The notes beneath the pieces were generated by a model. That model worked only from the letters and a program-made list of their open reading frames with translations, did not search any database and was not told the origin of the DNA. 64,000 bases of DNA from Candidatus Omnitrophota bacterium (lineage in GTDB: Bacteria; Omnitrophota; Gorgyraeia; Duberdicusellales; 4484-171), in the NCBI GenBank assembly GCA_041652815.1, contig JBAZGN010000002.1, positions 174,261 through 238,260 on the forward strand, written 5' to 3'. The position numbers and the translations under genes were made by a program. Positions 37,529-46,280 of the stretch are shown in pieces. Numbering within the stretch: position 1 is the first letter of the stretch; the number at the start of each line of letters is the position of its first letter.

Positions 37529-37960
37529 ATGATAAAGAAAATTACCCCACAAAGTTTTAAATCTTTCGGCCAGCTCATACATCATCCGCAAAAGGAATTG
37601 CATGGTAGGGATGAAAATCTTTTTCATATAGTATTAAAAGAAGAAAACACTGTTGGCTGGAGGATAGCATACTTAATCGTCAGAGATAAAACAATAAATA
37701 CCCTTGAACAACACCTGCAAACTTTTGAAAGCTTTGAGCCCGTAAGCGGAAAAGCACTTCTTTATGTGGCGAGAAAAAAAGACCCGGGACAAATAAACTG
37801 CTTCAATTTAGATAAGCCTGTGATTTTGGATAAAGGAGTATGGCACGGAGTAGTTACTCTTAACGGTGACAGTGAAATAAAAATTACGGAAAATGCAAAT
37901 GTTGAGTGCATTTACTGGAAGCTCGGGTTCGACCTTAATTCGGGACACAAATCAGCTTAA
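37529..37960 (+). CDS. Cupin-fold protein, ureidoglycolate lyase (AllA)-like
   Basis: ITPQSFKSFGQLIHHP resembles the AllA N-terminus (LT.EAFAPFG.VIE). Otherwise weak. Confidence 0.35.
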   Translation: MIKKITPQSFKSFGQLIHHPQKELHGRDENLFHIVLKEENTVGWRIAYLIVRDKTINTLEQHLQTFESFEPVSGKALLYVARKKDPGQINCFNLDKPVILDKGVWHGVVTLNGDSEIKITENANVECIYWKLGFDLNSGHKSA

Positions 37961-37977
37961 AAACCTGCTTACCCAAA

Positions 37978-38412
37978 TCAATCTACCGGTAATTTAATTT
38001 TATCCAGCAGACGGTTGATTTTTTCTACTAACTCGTGGAATTTGTCTGATTTTCTTATTTTAATGTGCCCGCTCCTTCTATCTTTTATGTGTGCATCTAA
38101 TTCGTATACAATTCTGTCAAACGGGCCAACTATTCGATGCGTAATTTTATAGGCAAATATAAGTATTATTAATAGAGCGAGTGGAGCAGTAAGTATTAAT
38201 ATAGCAGTTACCCGTCTGGCTGCAGGTATAATGCTGTAAGCAATTGCTTCAGGAAAACCTACTTCTGCGGAGGTAATACCATAGAATAAATAATAGAGGC
38301 AGATGGTTACAATAGTAGCCGGCACCAGTGCTGCCATAAAGACAAGCATAAAAGTTTGCCGGTGCAAAGGATTTGCGAAAAATTTTTTTCTTCGGTTTTT
38401 GAATTTAATCAT
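37978..38412 (-). CDS. Two-TM membrane protein with a HAMP-like C-terminal helix pair and no output domain
   Basis: ITHRIVGPFDRIVYELDAHIK...KSDKFHELVEKINRLLDKI resembles a HAMP domain. 4-nt overlap with the upstream DUF3047 gene. Confidence 0.4.
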   Translation of the reverse strand: MIKFKNRRKKFFANPLHRQTFMLVFMAALVPATIVTICLYYLFYGITSAEVGFPEAIAYSIIPAARRVTAILILTAPLALLIILIFAYKITHRIVGPFDRIVYELDAHIKDRRSGHIKIRKSDKFHELVEKINRLLDKIKLPVD

Positions 38413-39191
38413 TTTTCATACCCCACTTTTATATCGGTATATAAAGCTTCTGCGGTTGACAATGTGTTATCTGTATCCGTCATCAAAGCTATTGCGCCCA
38501 CTCCGGGAGGAGTCCCGCCAAAAGCGCGTTTATAATCTTCATATATATTTCTTTCTTCATAGACCCATTCACTATTATTTTTTTTGCCTGATTCAACTAC
38601 AACCAACTTTATATTTGCAAAATATGGACTTGTCATTATGGTTCCTTTGGGCAGGTCTTCACTCCAGACGTATTCGATTGTTTTTATATTTGTAAAAATC
38701 CAGCTAGGAAATATTACATATATTCTCGCGGCATAGTCGTCTTTTTCCAGCCAACCGTTTTTATTTTTTCCTGCTTCAGGCAAAGGCACAGATTCAGGCT
38801 TTTTAGGAGATGGCTGTAGTCCAAAGACAACAAGAAGCTTGTCCCAGAAACTAATTTTTTTAGCTATTGAAGCTGCACCCGCAGAAGAACTTTTTTCAGG
38901 AAACTTTATAACCTTCCATTTCCAGCTGATCATGGGATATTTTTTTGAATCAAACCGTATTTTATAAAGCAGCCCGGAGCAGGCATTCTTGCTTTTGGCT
39001 ACCAGTTGGCCGCCATCGGTTTGCGGTTCGACTATATATAATACCCGGTTTCTAAATATTTTTTCCTGCCATTCAGAAAGTGCATCTTTTCTGTCGAATT
39101 TAAATAATTTAGGCAGATTGTATGCATAGGCAATAAAACCTATAACAGCCACTAAGAATATAACCAGTAAGAATAATTTTTTTGATTTCAT
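38409..39191 (-). CDS. DUF3047-like membrane-anchored protein
   Basis: N-terminal TM. Conserved W/K-rich pattern (SEWQEKIF...YIVEP...W.W.V) recalled for PF11249. Weak. Confidence 0.4.
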   Translation of the reverse strand: MKSKKLFLLVIFLVAVIGFIAYAYNLPKLFKFDRKDALSEWQEKIFRNRVLYIVEPQTDGGQLVAKSKNACSGLLYKIRFDSKKYPMISWKWKVIKFPEKSSSAGAASIAKKISFWDKLLVVFGLQPSPKKPESVPLPEAGKNKNGWLEKDDYAARIYVIFPSWIFTNIKTIEYVWSEDLPKGTIMTSPYFANIKLVVVESGKKNNSEWVYEERNIYEDYKRAFGGTPPGVGAIALMTDTDNTLSTAEALYTDIKVGYEK

Positions 39192-39194
39192 TTT

Positions 39195-39380
39195 ATTGAT
39201 TTGACCTATTCGACAGGCTCAGGGTCAATCCTGACCCTGAGTAAGCTTCAGGATTTTTGGTCCGAAGCGCATCGAACGGATTGATTTTAACTCCATAGAA
39301 TAAGTGAGTCAAACGATTTATTGATGAACAGATAATTTACTGCTGCCTTAAGGCAGCAGTAAATTATAGCGAAGCGTCTG
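39195..39380. repeat. Multi-hairpin block with CCTTAAGG-loop hairpin (ttactgctgccttaaggcagcagtaa) and ctcagggtcaatcctgaccctgag
   Basis: Two perfect hairpins read directly. Confidence 0.6.
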
Positions 39381-39448
39381 TGAATTAACCCCGCCCCTTC
39401 ACGCTTTGAATAAGTTATTCATAGGTAAGAAAGGGCGGGGTTAATTTG
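39381..39448. repeat. Family C hairpin element, copy 3
   Basis: Same loop ttgaataagttattcat as copy 2. Confidence 0.8.
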
Positions 39449-39532
39449 GCTATGCAATCCAGCACTCAGAAAACTGAGAGCTGGATTGCTGCCTCATTAA
39501 CTTTCTGGTATAATTAAAAAATCTGTATATTT

Positions 39533-40510
39533 ATGAACAAATACATAAAGGTAATTTTAATTGTATTCATTTTTCTCGCCGGAACATTTGCTTTTTGCCT
39601 GCCACCGGAAAGTAACAGCGAAACTAACCCTAAGACTACGGAACAGCTAGATAAGCTTACTCCACAGCACGATTCTTTGCCGGTTGAAGAAAGGGTTATT
39701 CTGGGTAAAGACGATGAATTTAAAGAGAGTGCCACCAAGCACGAAGCTGAAGCATACGTAACATTTTTACCTTCAACGAAATCAAAAGATAACAAATCGC
39801 GCATCCAAATTATTGAATCGGAATTTGATTATTCCTATGAGTATAAGCTTTTTGATAAAATACCGGTTACGCTTTCTTTAAGCAGCGAATATATCGATAT
39901 AAAAGAAAATTCGCAGCTTAATTTACCTTCGCATTTAACCGGTTTAAGCGTAGGCTGTGATGTAGTTTTGCCATTTTTTAATTTAGATAAAACCTACATA
40001 AACCTGGGGGTTAGCCCTTCGATATATAGGGATGACTGGTCTTTTAAGACATCTTCTTTCCGGATGCCAACCGACATTTTTCTTATTTATAAACCTAATG
40101 ATAAATTGATCTTTGTCGGCGGCCTTGCGTATTTCCCTGATTTTAAAGACCAATTTTTTCCGGCTGTGGGATTTGTGTATAAGCCAAATGAAAAATGGAT
40201 TTTTAATATCACGACAGACGATCCCAGCATAGCCTATATGCCCAATGACAGGCTGACTATTTTCACGCAAATGGAACTTCCCCTAGGCGCTGAATATGAA
40301 GTTAAACGCGGCGATTCTGAAAATATGGTTTTAATTTATAATGATATGCGTTTAGGTTTGGGCGTAGGGTATAAGATTAATAAATTTGTATCTGTCTCGC
40401 TTGCCGGTGGTGGAGTATTTGACCGGTACATTAAATATAGAAAGGTTGAAGAAAAATTAAGCATTGAAAACGGCGGTTACGTAAAGTTTTCTGTGGACAT
40501 ACAGATATAA
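39533..40510 (+). CDS. Hypothetical secreted beta-rich (outer-membrane-like) protein
   Basis: Signal peptide, alternating hydrophobic beta-strand pattern, C-terminal ...VDIQI. Confidence 0.35.
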   Translation: MNKYIKVILIVFIFLAGTFAFCLPPESNSETNPKTTEQLDKLTPQHDSLPVEERVILGKDDEFKESATKHEAEAYVTFLPSTKSKDNKSRIQIIESEFDYSYEYKLFDKIPVTLSLSSEYIDIKENSQLNLPSHLTGLSVGCDVVLPFFNLDKTYINLGVSPSIYRDDWSFKTSSFRMPTDIFLIYKPNDKLIFVGGLAYFPDFKDQFFPAVGFVYKPNEKWIFNITTDDPSIAYMPNDRLTIFTQMELPLGAEYEVKRGDSENMVLIYNDMRLGLGVGYKINKFVSVSLAGGGVFDRYIKYRKVEEKLSIENGGYVKFSVDIQI

Positions 40511-40557
40511 ACAGATAGCAGTTAAGCAGATAGCAGATGATTTTAATAAAATAAATT

Positions 40558-41007
40558 ATGGATAAAAAGCATATTAAATTTATGAAAGAAGCAATAAGGC
40601 AGGCGAAGATTAGTTTACGCCAAGGCGGAATTCCGATTGGGTCAATACTGGTTAAAGATGGTAAAATTATCGGCCGTGGCTATAATAAACGTGTGCAGAA
40701 AAAATCAGCAATTTTGCATGCTGAAATGGATTGTTTGGAAAATGCAGGCCGCTTGAAAGCCAAGGATTATCGCAAGTGTGCCATATATTCGACCCTATCC
40801 CCGTGCGATATGTGCACGGGGGCAATACTGCTTTATAAGATACCAACTATAGTTATAGGAGAGAACGAAACATTTAAAGGCCCTGAGAATTATTCTAAAA
40901 AGCGCGGCGCGCAAATCATTAATCTAAATATGAAAGAATGTAAAGAGATGATGCGGGATTTCATAAAGGAAAAACCCGGGCTTTGGAACGAGGATATCGG
41001 GAAATAA
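40558..41007 (+). CDS. Cytosine deaminase, FCY1 type (CDA fold)
   Basis: HAEMDCLENAGRL...YSTLSPCDMCTGAILLY...VIGEN matches yeast FCY1 blocks HGEISTLENCGRL...YTTLSPCDMCTGAIIMY...VVGEN. Confidence 0.75.
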   Translation: MDKKHIKFMKEAIRQAKISLRQGGIPIGSILVKDGKIIGRGYNKRVQKKSAILHAEMDCLENAGRLKAKDYRKCAIYSTLSPCDMCTGAILLYKIPTIVIGENETFKGPENYSKKRGAQIINLNMKECKEMMRDFIKEKPGLWNEDIGK

Positions 41008-41008
41008 A

Positions 41009-41905
41009 ATGTCATATAAAAAAATAATCGAAAGCGGATTAAAAGCTAGTCAGGATAATATTTGCGGGCAAGACAAAATTTGGTCGCGTTATAGCCATGA
41101 CAAAGTTGACGTAGGTGAGGAACTTGCTAAAGTGATACGGACATTGAGCTCTGCGTTTCCTTTGAATTTGAGGCTACGGGCTCTTTCCGTAGGTTCAAGC
41201 GATGAACCGCAATTTAGGATTTTAGAAACTGCTTTCCGCGGAGGGCTTTATCTTCTTGATATAAATGATAGCGCTCTTAATATTGTAAGAGAACGCCTAA
41301 ACCGGCAGCGTACTGACCACGTAACTACGATAAAAGGGGATTATAATAAAATTTTTATAAACGCAAAACGTAGAAGTGATTTTTTCCGGCATAAATTAGA
41401 AAATAGAAAAGTCCATCTGGTTACATTGCATCACTCGCTTTATTATTGTCCGGAATGCGATTGGTTTAATATCTTTGATAATTTATGCTCTAAATTCTTG
41501 GCGCATAAAGGAGCCATTCATGCCGTACTTATGAGTTCAAGAAGCAATAGCCAATCTACTACAACCTGGCTTTACAACCATTTTGCCGGTAAATTTTTTG
41601 GTGTGCATAACGACCAGGATTTACGTATCTTTAAGAAAAAATTGCAAAAATACCCGGCGTTTAAAAAAGCACAGGTGCTGTTACGTACTAACCGTGTATA
41701 TTTTGACGTAAGCGATTTTAAAAAGTTTATGGCTGTTGTATGGATGATTCTTCTCTATCCAAATGTTCATAAATATAACCTGAAACAGCGTGAAGAAATC
41801 ACCGAATTTATTTATAAAAAATTCTATAAAAACAGGCAGCCGCTCGTACAGGAACAGGACCATCTGGTCGTGTATAAAGGGATTAAATTTAAAGGGTTAA
41901 TTTAA
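41009..41905 (+). CDS. Hypothetical protein with a possible Rossmann-like (class I methyltransferase-like) core
   Basis: LRALSVGSSDE, YLLDINDSAL, TTIKGDYNKI and VHLVTLHHSLYY loosely resemble MTase motifs I-IV. Translationally coupled to the flanking genes. Confidence 0.3.
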   Translation: MSYKKIIESGLKASQDNICGQDKIWSRYSHDKVDVGEELAKVIRTLSSAFPLNLRLRALSVGSSDEPQFRILETAFRGGLYLLDINDSALNIVRERLNRQRTDHVTTIKGDYNKIFINAKRRSDFFRHKLENRKVHLVTLHHSLYYCPECDWFNIFDNLCSKFLAHKGAIHAVLMSSRSNSQSTTTWLYNHFAGKFFGVHNDQDLRIFKKKLQKYPAFKKAQVLLRTNRVYFDVSDFKKFMAVVWMILLYPNVHKYNLKQREEITEFIYKKFYKNRQPLVQEQDHLVVYKGIKFKGLI

Positions 41906-41913
41906 AATTAATA

Positions 41914-42648
41914 ATGCAGTATTCTGATAGCAAAGAAAGATTTGCGATAGTTTTTGTTAAAGATGAGAAGCTTTTGGATGAAGTTAAATATTTAAGAGGC
42001 AGAGTTTTTTTTGGCAAGAATGAAAAAGAGGAAGATGAGTTTGATAGCTATAGCCATCATCTTGCCGTAATTGATAAAGAAAAAAACGAAATTATCGGCA
42101 GTTACCGCCTGCTCCTGGGCTCTGATAGTAAAAACCATAGCGGTTTTTATTCTGAGACCGAATTTGACCTTACAAATATAAAGAAAAACTGCCAGGGACA
42201 AGTGCTTGAAATGAGCAGAGCCTGTGTTCTTGATTCTTACAGGAAATTTCCGATAATAAAATTTATGTGGAAGAGAATAATTTCATTTATGATGGAGAAT
42301 GAAGTAAAATACATTTTTGGCTGCCCGAGCATTGAAATTCTTGATGCCGGCTATGTGGGCAAGATGGTTTCGTACTTTAAAGCAAATTGCTTTTCAGGAG
42401 ATGACCTCAGGGTTTATCCGCTTAAAGAAAAGGCATGCAAATATAATTTATACACAGGAAACTTAGATACTAAAGAAATAATATCGAGCCTGCCTTCGCT
42501 TATCAAGGGTTACTTAAAGATGGGTGCTCTTATTTGTTCCGAGCCAGCTTTGGATGAGCGTTTTAAAACAGTGGATTTTTTTATGATGCTTGACGTAGGA
42601 AAGATGAATATTTCATACAGAAAAAAATTTAATGATAAAAACATTTAA
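41914..42648 (+). CDS. OlsB-like N-acyltransferase (lyso-ornithine lipid synthase family, PF13444-like)
   Basis: LRGRVFF...DEFDSYSHHLAVIDKEKNEIIGSYRLLLG matches the OlsB/NAS pattern (yRyrvF..e.....D.fD...hHLlv.d...g.vvGtyRLl). Confidence 0.55.
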   Translation: MQYSDSKERFAIVFVKDEKLLDEVKYLRGRVFFGKNEKEEDEFDSYSHHLAVIDKEKNEIIGSYRLLLGSDSKNHSGFYSETEFDLTNIKKNCQGQVLEMSRACVLDSYRKFPIIKFMWKRIISFMMENEVKYIFGCPSIEILDAGYVGKMVSYFKANCFSGDDLRVYPLKEKACKYNLYTGNLDTKEIISSLPSLIKGYLKMGALICSEPALDERFKTVDFFMMLDVGKMNISYRKKFNDKNI

Positions 42649-43396
42649 AATCCTGTTTTTATTCCTGCAAGTTATATTTTTTATTTCCGTGTTTGCAATA
42701 CTAAATTGTTTATTCTTTTTTTCACCAAAAAATAAATCACGTTATATTTCCCGGGCAATACACATATTCAGTGTTATCAGTGTTTTTATCATGGGCGTAA
42801 AAATAAAAGTATCCGGTTTTGAGAAAATAAGGGATAAGAAAGGCTTATTTCTCGTAACCGGCCATCTAACATATCTTGACGGTATAATCGCAAGCAGAAT
42901 CCTGCCCCTTATATTTGTTGCGCGCGGAGACCTTAAATCATGGCCGTTTTTCGGAGTCTTCAGCCTTCTTTCCCAGACCATTTTTGTTAACAGAAACACT
43001 GCCGTAAGTTTACAGAAAGAAATCGAGCGTATAAGTTTTATGCTTAAATGTGGAGTAAATGTTATGTTTTTCCCGCAGGGCACAACCACAAATTCTCCCC
43101 ATGATATTTTGTTTAAATCTTCTTTTTTTGAAGCGCCCCTTGTAAGTAGTTCGACAATAGCCCCGTTTGTAATAAAATATAAAAAGATAAATGGCAGGGC
43201 TTTGGATGAAACAAATAAGGATTTTGTTTTTTGGTATGGCGATATGGATTTTATCCCGCACTTGGTTTATTTTCTAGGGTTAAAAAGCATAGAAGTTGAG
43301 TTGGATATTCTAAAGCCCATTGAGGCCTCTTCCGGCAGTGGCAGGAAATCATTAAGTATGCTTTCCCAAGAGGCGATTAAATCCAGATTGATGTAG
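42632..43396 (+). CDS. OlsA-like lysophospholipid/lyso-ornithine-lipid O-acyltransferase (PlsC family)
   Basis: HX4D (GHLTYLD) and FFPQGTTTN (FPEGT-like) motifs. Overlaps the OlsB-like gene. Confidence 0.55.
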   Translation: MIKTFKILFLFLQVIFFISVFAILNCLFFFSPKNKSRYISRAIHIFSVISVFIMGVKIKVSGFEKIRDKKGLFLVTGHLTYLDGIIASRILPLIFVARGDLKSWPFFGVFSLLSQTIFVNRNTAVSLQKEIERISFMLKCGVNVMFFPQGTTTNSPHDILFKSSFFEAPLVSSSTIAPFVIKYKKINGRALDETNKDFVFWYGDMDFIPHLVYFLGLKSIEVELDILKPIEASSGSGRKSLSMLSQEAIKSRLM

Positions 43397-43577
43397 ATAC
43401 TTGCACAGATGGCCACAGATTGTAAATCACAGATGGTCGCAGATGAGAAATTACAAGTACCAAATTCCAAACCTAAAGAATTTCGGACACTGGAATTTGG
43501 TACTTGGTGTTTAGAATTTCATAATATCTGTGATCATCCGTTTTGTAATCTGTGGTCATCTGTGTAACAAACAGGAG
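43396..43577. repeat. Composite family F element with a nested ACCAAATTCC...GGAATTTGGT palindrome, ending ...CATCTGTGTAACAAACAGGAG upstream of the DUF1211 gene
   Basis: cacagatggccacagattgtaaatcacagatggtcgcagatg ... atatctgtgatcatccgttttgtaatctgtggtcatctgtgtaa. Confidence 0.7.
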
Positions 43578-43584
43578 AAAAACA

Positions 43585-44202
43585 ATGAATAAAGAATCTA
43601 CCAGAATGAGCGTTGGGCGCATAGTTTCACTTGCGGACGGTATTTTTGCTATCGCCATGACTCTCTTAGTCGTAACCATTGATATTCCTAAAAAAGGCCA
43701 GATGATTTCCACGGAGGGCTTGCATAGATTTATATTCGAACAATACCACGAAATCCTTAACTATATTTTAAGCTTTATCCTTTTAGCAGCGTTTTGGACA
43801 ATACACCACCAGCAATTTCATTATATAAAACACACCGACAGCAAACATCTTTGGATAAATATAATGATTTTTATGTCTATTACTCTTACGCCATTTGTTA
43901 CCTCTTTGGCTGGAGATTTTCCCGATGATTTAGTGGCTCAGCTATTTTTCCATTTTAATATGCTTGCGATGGGCATACTATTTTACCTGAATTGGTTTTA
44001 TGCTACAAAAGACAAATGTTTAGTTGAAAGCGCATTAGAAGAGGGGGAGATAACAATTGAAAAGAAAAAACTTTTAATTATCCCTTGTGCTGCCTGCTTA
44101 GCAATTATAATTTCATTTATACGCCCCCGCGTATCTGCGTATCTGTATTTATTGATTCCGGTTATATTGTCTCTAAAAAGGTTTAATATTAAAGAAGATT
44201 AA
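43585..44202 (+). CDS. DUF1211 / TMEM175-like potassium channel family protein
   Basis: RIVSLADGIFAIAMTLLVVTI matches the DUF1211 signature RxxxFSDGVFAIAITLLV. Confidence 0.65.
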   Translation: MNKESTRMSVGRIVSLADGIFAIAMTLLVVTIDIPKKGQMISTEGLHRFIFEQYHEILNYILSFILLAAFWTIHHQQFHYIKHTDSKHLWINIMIFMSITLTPFVTSLAGDFPDDLVAQLFFHFNMLAMGILFYLNWFYATKDKCLVESALEEGEITIEKKKLLIIPCAACLAIIISFIRPRVSAYLYLLIPVILSLKRFNIKED

Positions 44203-44303
44203 ACATAACAAGAAAATAGCAATTGAGTAGATAATATCTGCCATCGGATATCTGCTCAACAGGCTGAATGCTGTTAAGCTACTATCGGTCTAAGGAGGTA
44301 TAT

Positions 44304-45296
44304 ATGTCCGAATTAAGATATAATCTTATTTCCGGGGAATGGATAATTGTTGCTACAGAGCGTGCGAAAAGGCCGAAAGATTTTATAAAAGCAAAAAAAG
44401 AACAGCAATCTTTACCTGAGTATAAAGAAACCTGTCCTTTTTGCCCGGGTAACGAAATCCAAACACCCGTTGAAACATTTCGTTTGGGCGATTCAAGGGC
44501 GTGGAAGGTACGTTCGGTTTATAATAAATTCGGTGCAGTCTCCAATGAAGATAAAAAAGAAAGGCATATCCATGGTTTGTATAATTCTATGAACGGATTC
44601 GGTATGCATGAAGTAATAATTGAGCACCCGCGCCACAATAATTGTATTGCCTTAATGAGCTACGAGGATGTGGAAAACATTCTAAAAGTTTATAAATCGC
44701 GCTATCTGGCCATTCAGGAAATAAAAGGCATAGAATGCATAGTAATATTTAAAAACCATGGCCCTGCTGCAGGAACTTCTCTTGAACATCCGCATTCGCA
44801 ACTTATCGCAACACCGGTTGTACCTCCGCAGGTACGCGGACGGCTTGAGCGTGCAGCCGGTTTCTTTGATTTTAACGGCAAATGCGCATTTTGCACGATG
44901 CTTGAAAGCGAACTTAAAGAAAAAACCCGAATAGTTCTAGAGACGGATAATTTTGTTGCTTTTATGCCGTATGCTTCATTTGTCCCTTTTACAACTTGGA
45001 TTTTCCCCCGCCGCCATAGCCCTTCTTTCGGCGAAATAAACAATGAAGAAATCAGCGATTTAGCAAAGAATTTAAAAACTACCTTAAGCAAATTATATTA
45101 TGGCCTGGATAACCCAGATTTTAATTATTCTATCCGTTCAATACCGGTAGGGGAAAAGGGGACAGATTATTCCCATTGGTATTTAAGCGTTATTCCAAGA
45201 TTAAGCCAGCCTGCCGGGTTTGAGCTTGGTTCAGGAATGTTTATTAATACGGTATTGCCTGAAGAAGCAGCAAAATTTTTAAGAGATATAAAGTAA
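44304..45296 (+). CDS. galT: Galactose-1-phosphate uridylyltransferase (HIT family, class I)
   Basis: CPFCPGNE zinc motif and HPHSQ active-site motif. AAGGAGG RBS. Start moved to the internal ATG. Confidence 0.8.
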   Translation: MSELRYNLISGEWIIVATERAKRPKDFIKAKKEQQSLPEYKETCPFCPGNEIQTPVETFRLGDSRAWKVRSVYNKFGAVSNEDKKERHIHGLYNSMNGFGMHEVIIEHPRHNNCIALMSYEDVENILKVYKSRYLAIQEIKGIECIVIFKNHGPAAGTSLEHPHSQLIATPVVPPQVRGRLERAAGFFDFNGKCAFCTMLESELKEKTRIVLETDNFVAFMPYASFVPFTTWIFPRRHSPSFGEINNEEISDLAKNLKTTLSKLYYGLDNPDFNYSIRSIPVGEKGTDYSHWYLSVIPRLSQPAGFELGSGMFINTVLPEEAAKFLRDIK

Positions 45297-45450
45297 ACCC
45301 ATTACTTTATGGCTAATGGTGGCAGTATTGTATGCTAATTGCATACAAACATATGCAAAATGAATATAGAATAATTATCATCCGCTATACTTTGAAACCG
45401 AAGCCTTAGGGGTGTGCTAATGGGGGAAGCAGCTAAATAAATAATTTAGG

Positions 45451-45912
45451 TTAGGGTTCCTGCGTAAATAATTCTTTTTCCTCAGGGGATAAATCTCCAT
45501 CATAAAGCCAGAGAGAAATCTGCAAACGTTCATCAAGTATTCTTATAATTTTCCCATTCTTATTTATGCTTTGCCCTTTTTTCAGGTCTTTTACCGAACC
45601 GAAATCTTTCGATAGAAATACTACCTGATATGGAGTACCTTTAAGTGTTTTTTGTTCATTGGTTGTTACCAAATAATATTTATATACAGTATCTTTTTTC
45701 TCGCTGAAAAGATTATATTCTTCTACATTAGCAATTATTGCTTCGGCGGAGAAAGGTTTTCCGAAGAAGTCGTTTGCAATCTGATTACGCTGAAGGTCTG
45801 TGGCCTGCTTGAATTGATCAACCACATCCACAATGGCTTGCGCACCTGCAAAAGAAGAAAAACTGCCTAGAAAAACCAATCCGATAAAAAGACTTTTTAA
45901 CGCTAATTTCAT
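45451..45912 (-). CDS. Secreted hypothetical protein
   Basis: Signal peptide. No recognisable domain. Confidence 0.4.
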   Translation of the reverse strand: MKLALKSLFIGLVFLGSFSSFAGAQAIVDVVDQFKQATDLQRNQIANDFFGKPFSAEAIIANVEEYNLFSEKKDTVYKYYLVTTNEQKTLKGTPYQVVFLSKDFGSVKDLKKGQSINKNGKIIRILDERLQISLWLYDGDLSPEEKELFTQEP

Positions 45913-46208
45913 TTGCCCTCCTTAAATAATTATAATTTATTATTTTTATGCTCTACGAGAACAAAAATAGCTAATAATTATTTTAAGCCCGGAAGCACCT
46001 TTAATCAATAACATAATAATACGTTATATTGTTTGTGTAAAGCGATAAAATTGATTTAAACAGAATGATATGCAGGAGGCGGGCTTGTCCCGCCCTCTAT
46101 TGTAATACTAGAAAAATATTTGGCTGATTATTGATAATTTTTTTAGGAAATAGGGTATTATTAAGCCCTACCCCCACACATTTGTGCTGCATAAATTTTA
46201 AAAAGCTG

Positions 46209-46236
46209 TTGACAGTGTATGTATTATGCATATAAT
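46209..46236 (+). promoter_or_regulatory. Consensus sigma70 promoter (TTGACA-16-TATAAT) overlapped by inverted repeat TGCATAT-AATA-ATATGCA
   Basis: Upstream of the TolC-like ORF. TGCATA/TATGCA half-sites recur at about 45338-45360, 46187 and 46257. Confidence 0.55.
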
Positions 46237-46280
46237 AATATGCAGAAGATATATAAATATATGCAAAAAGAATATAATGT

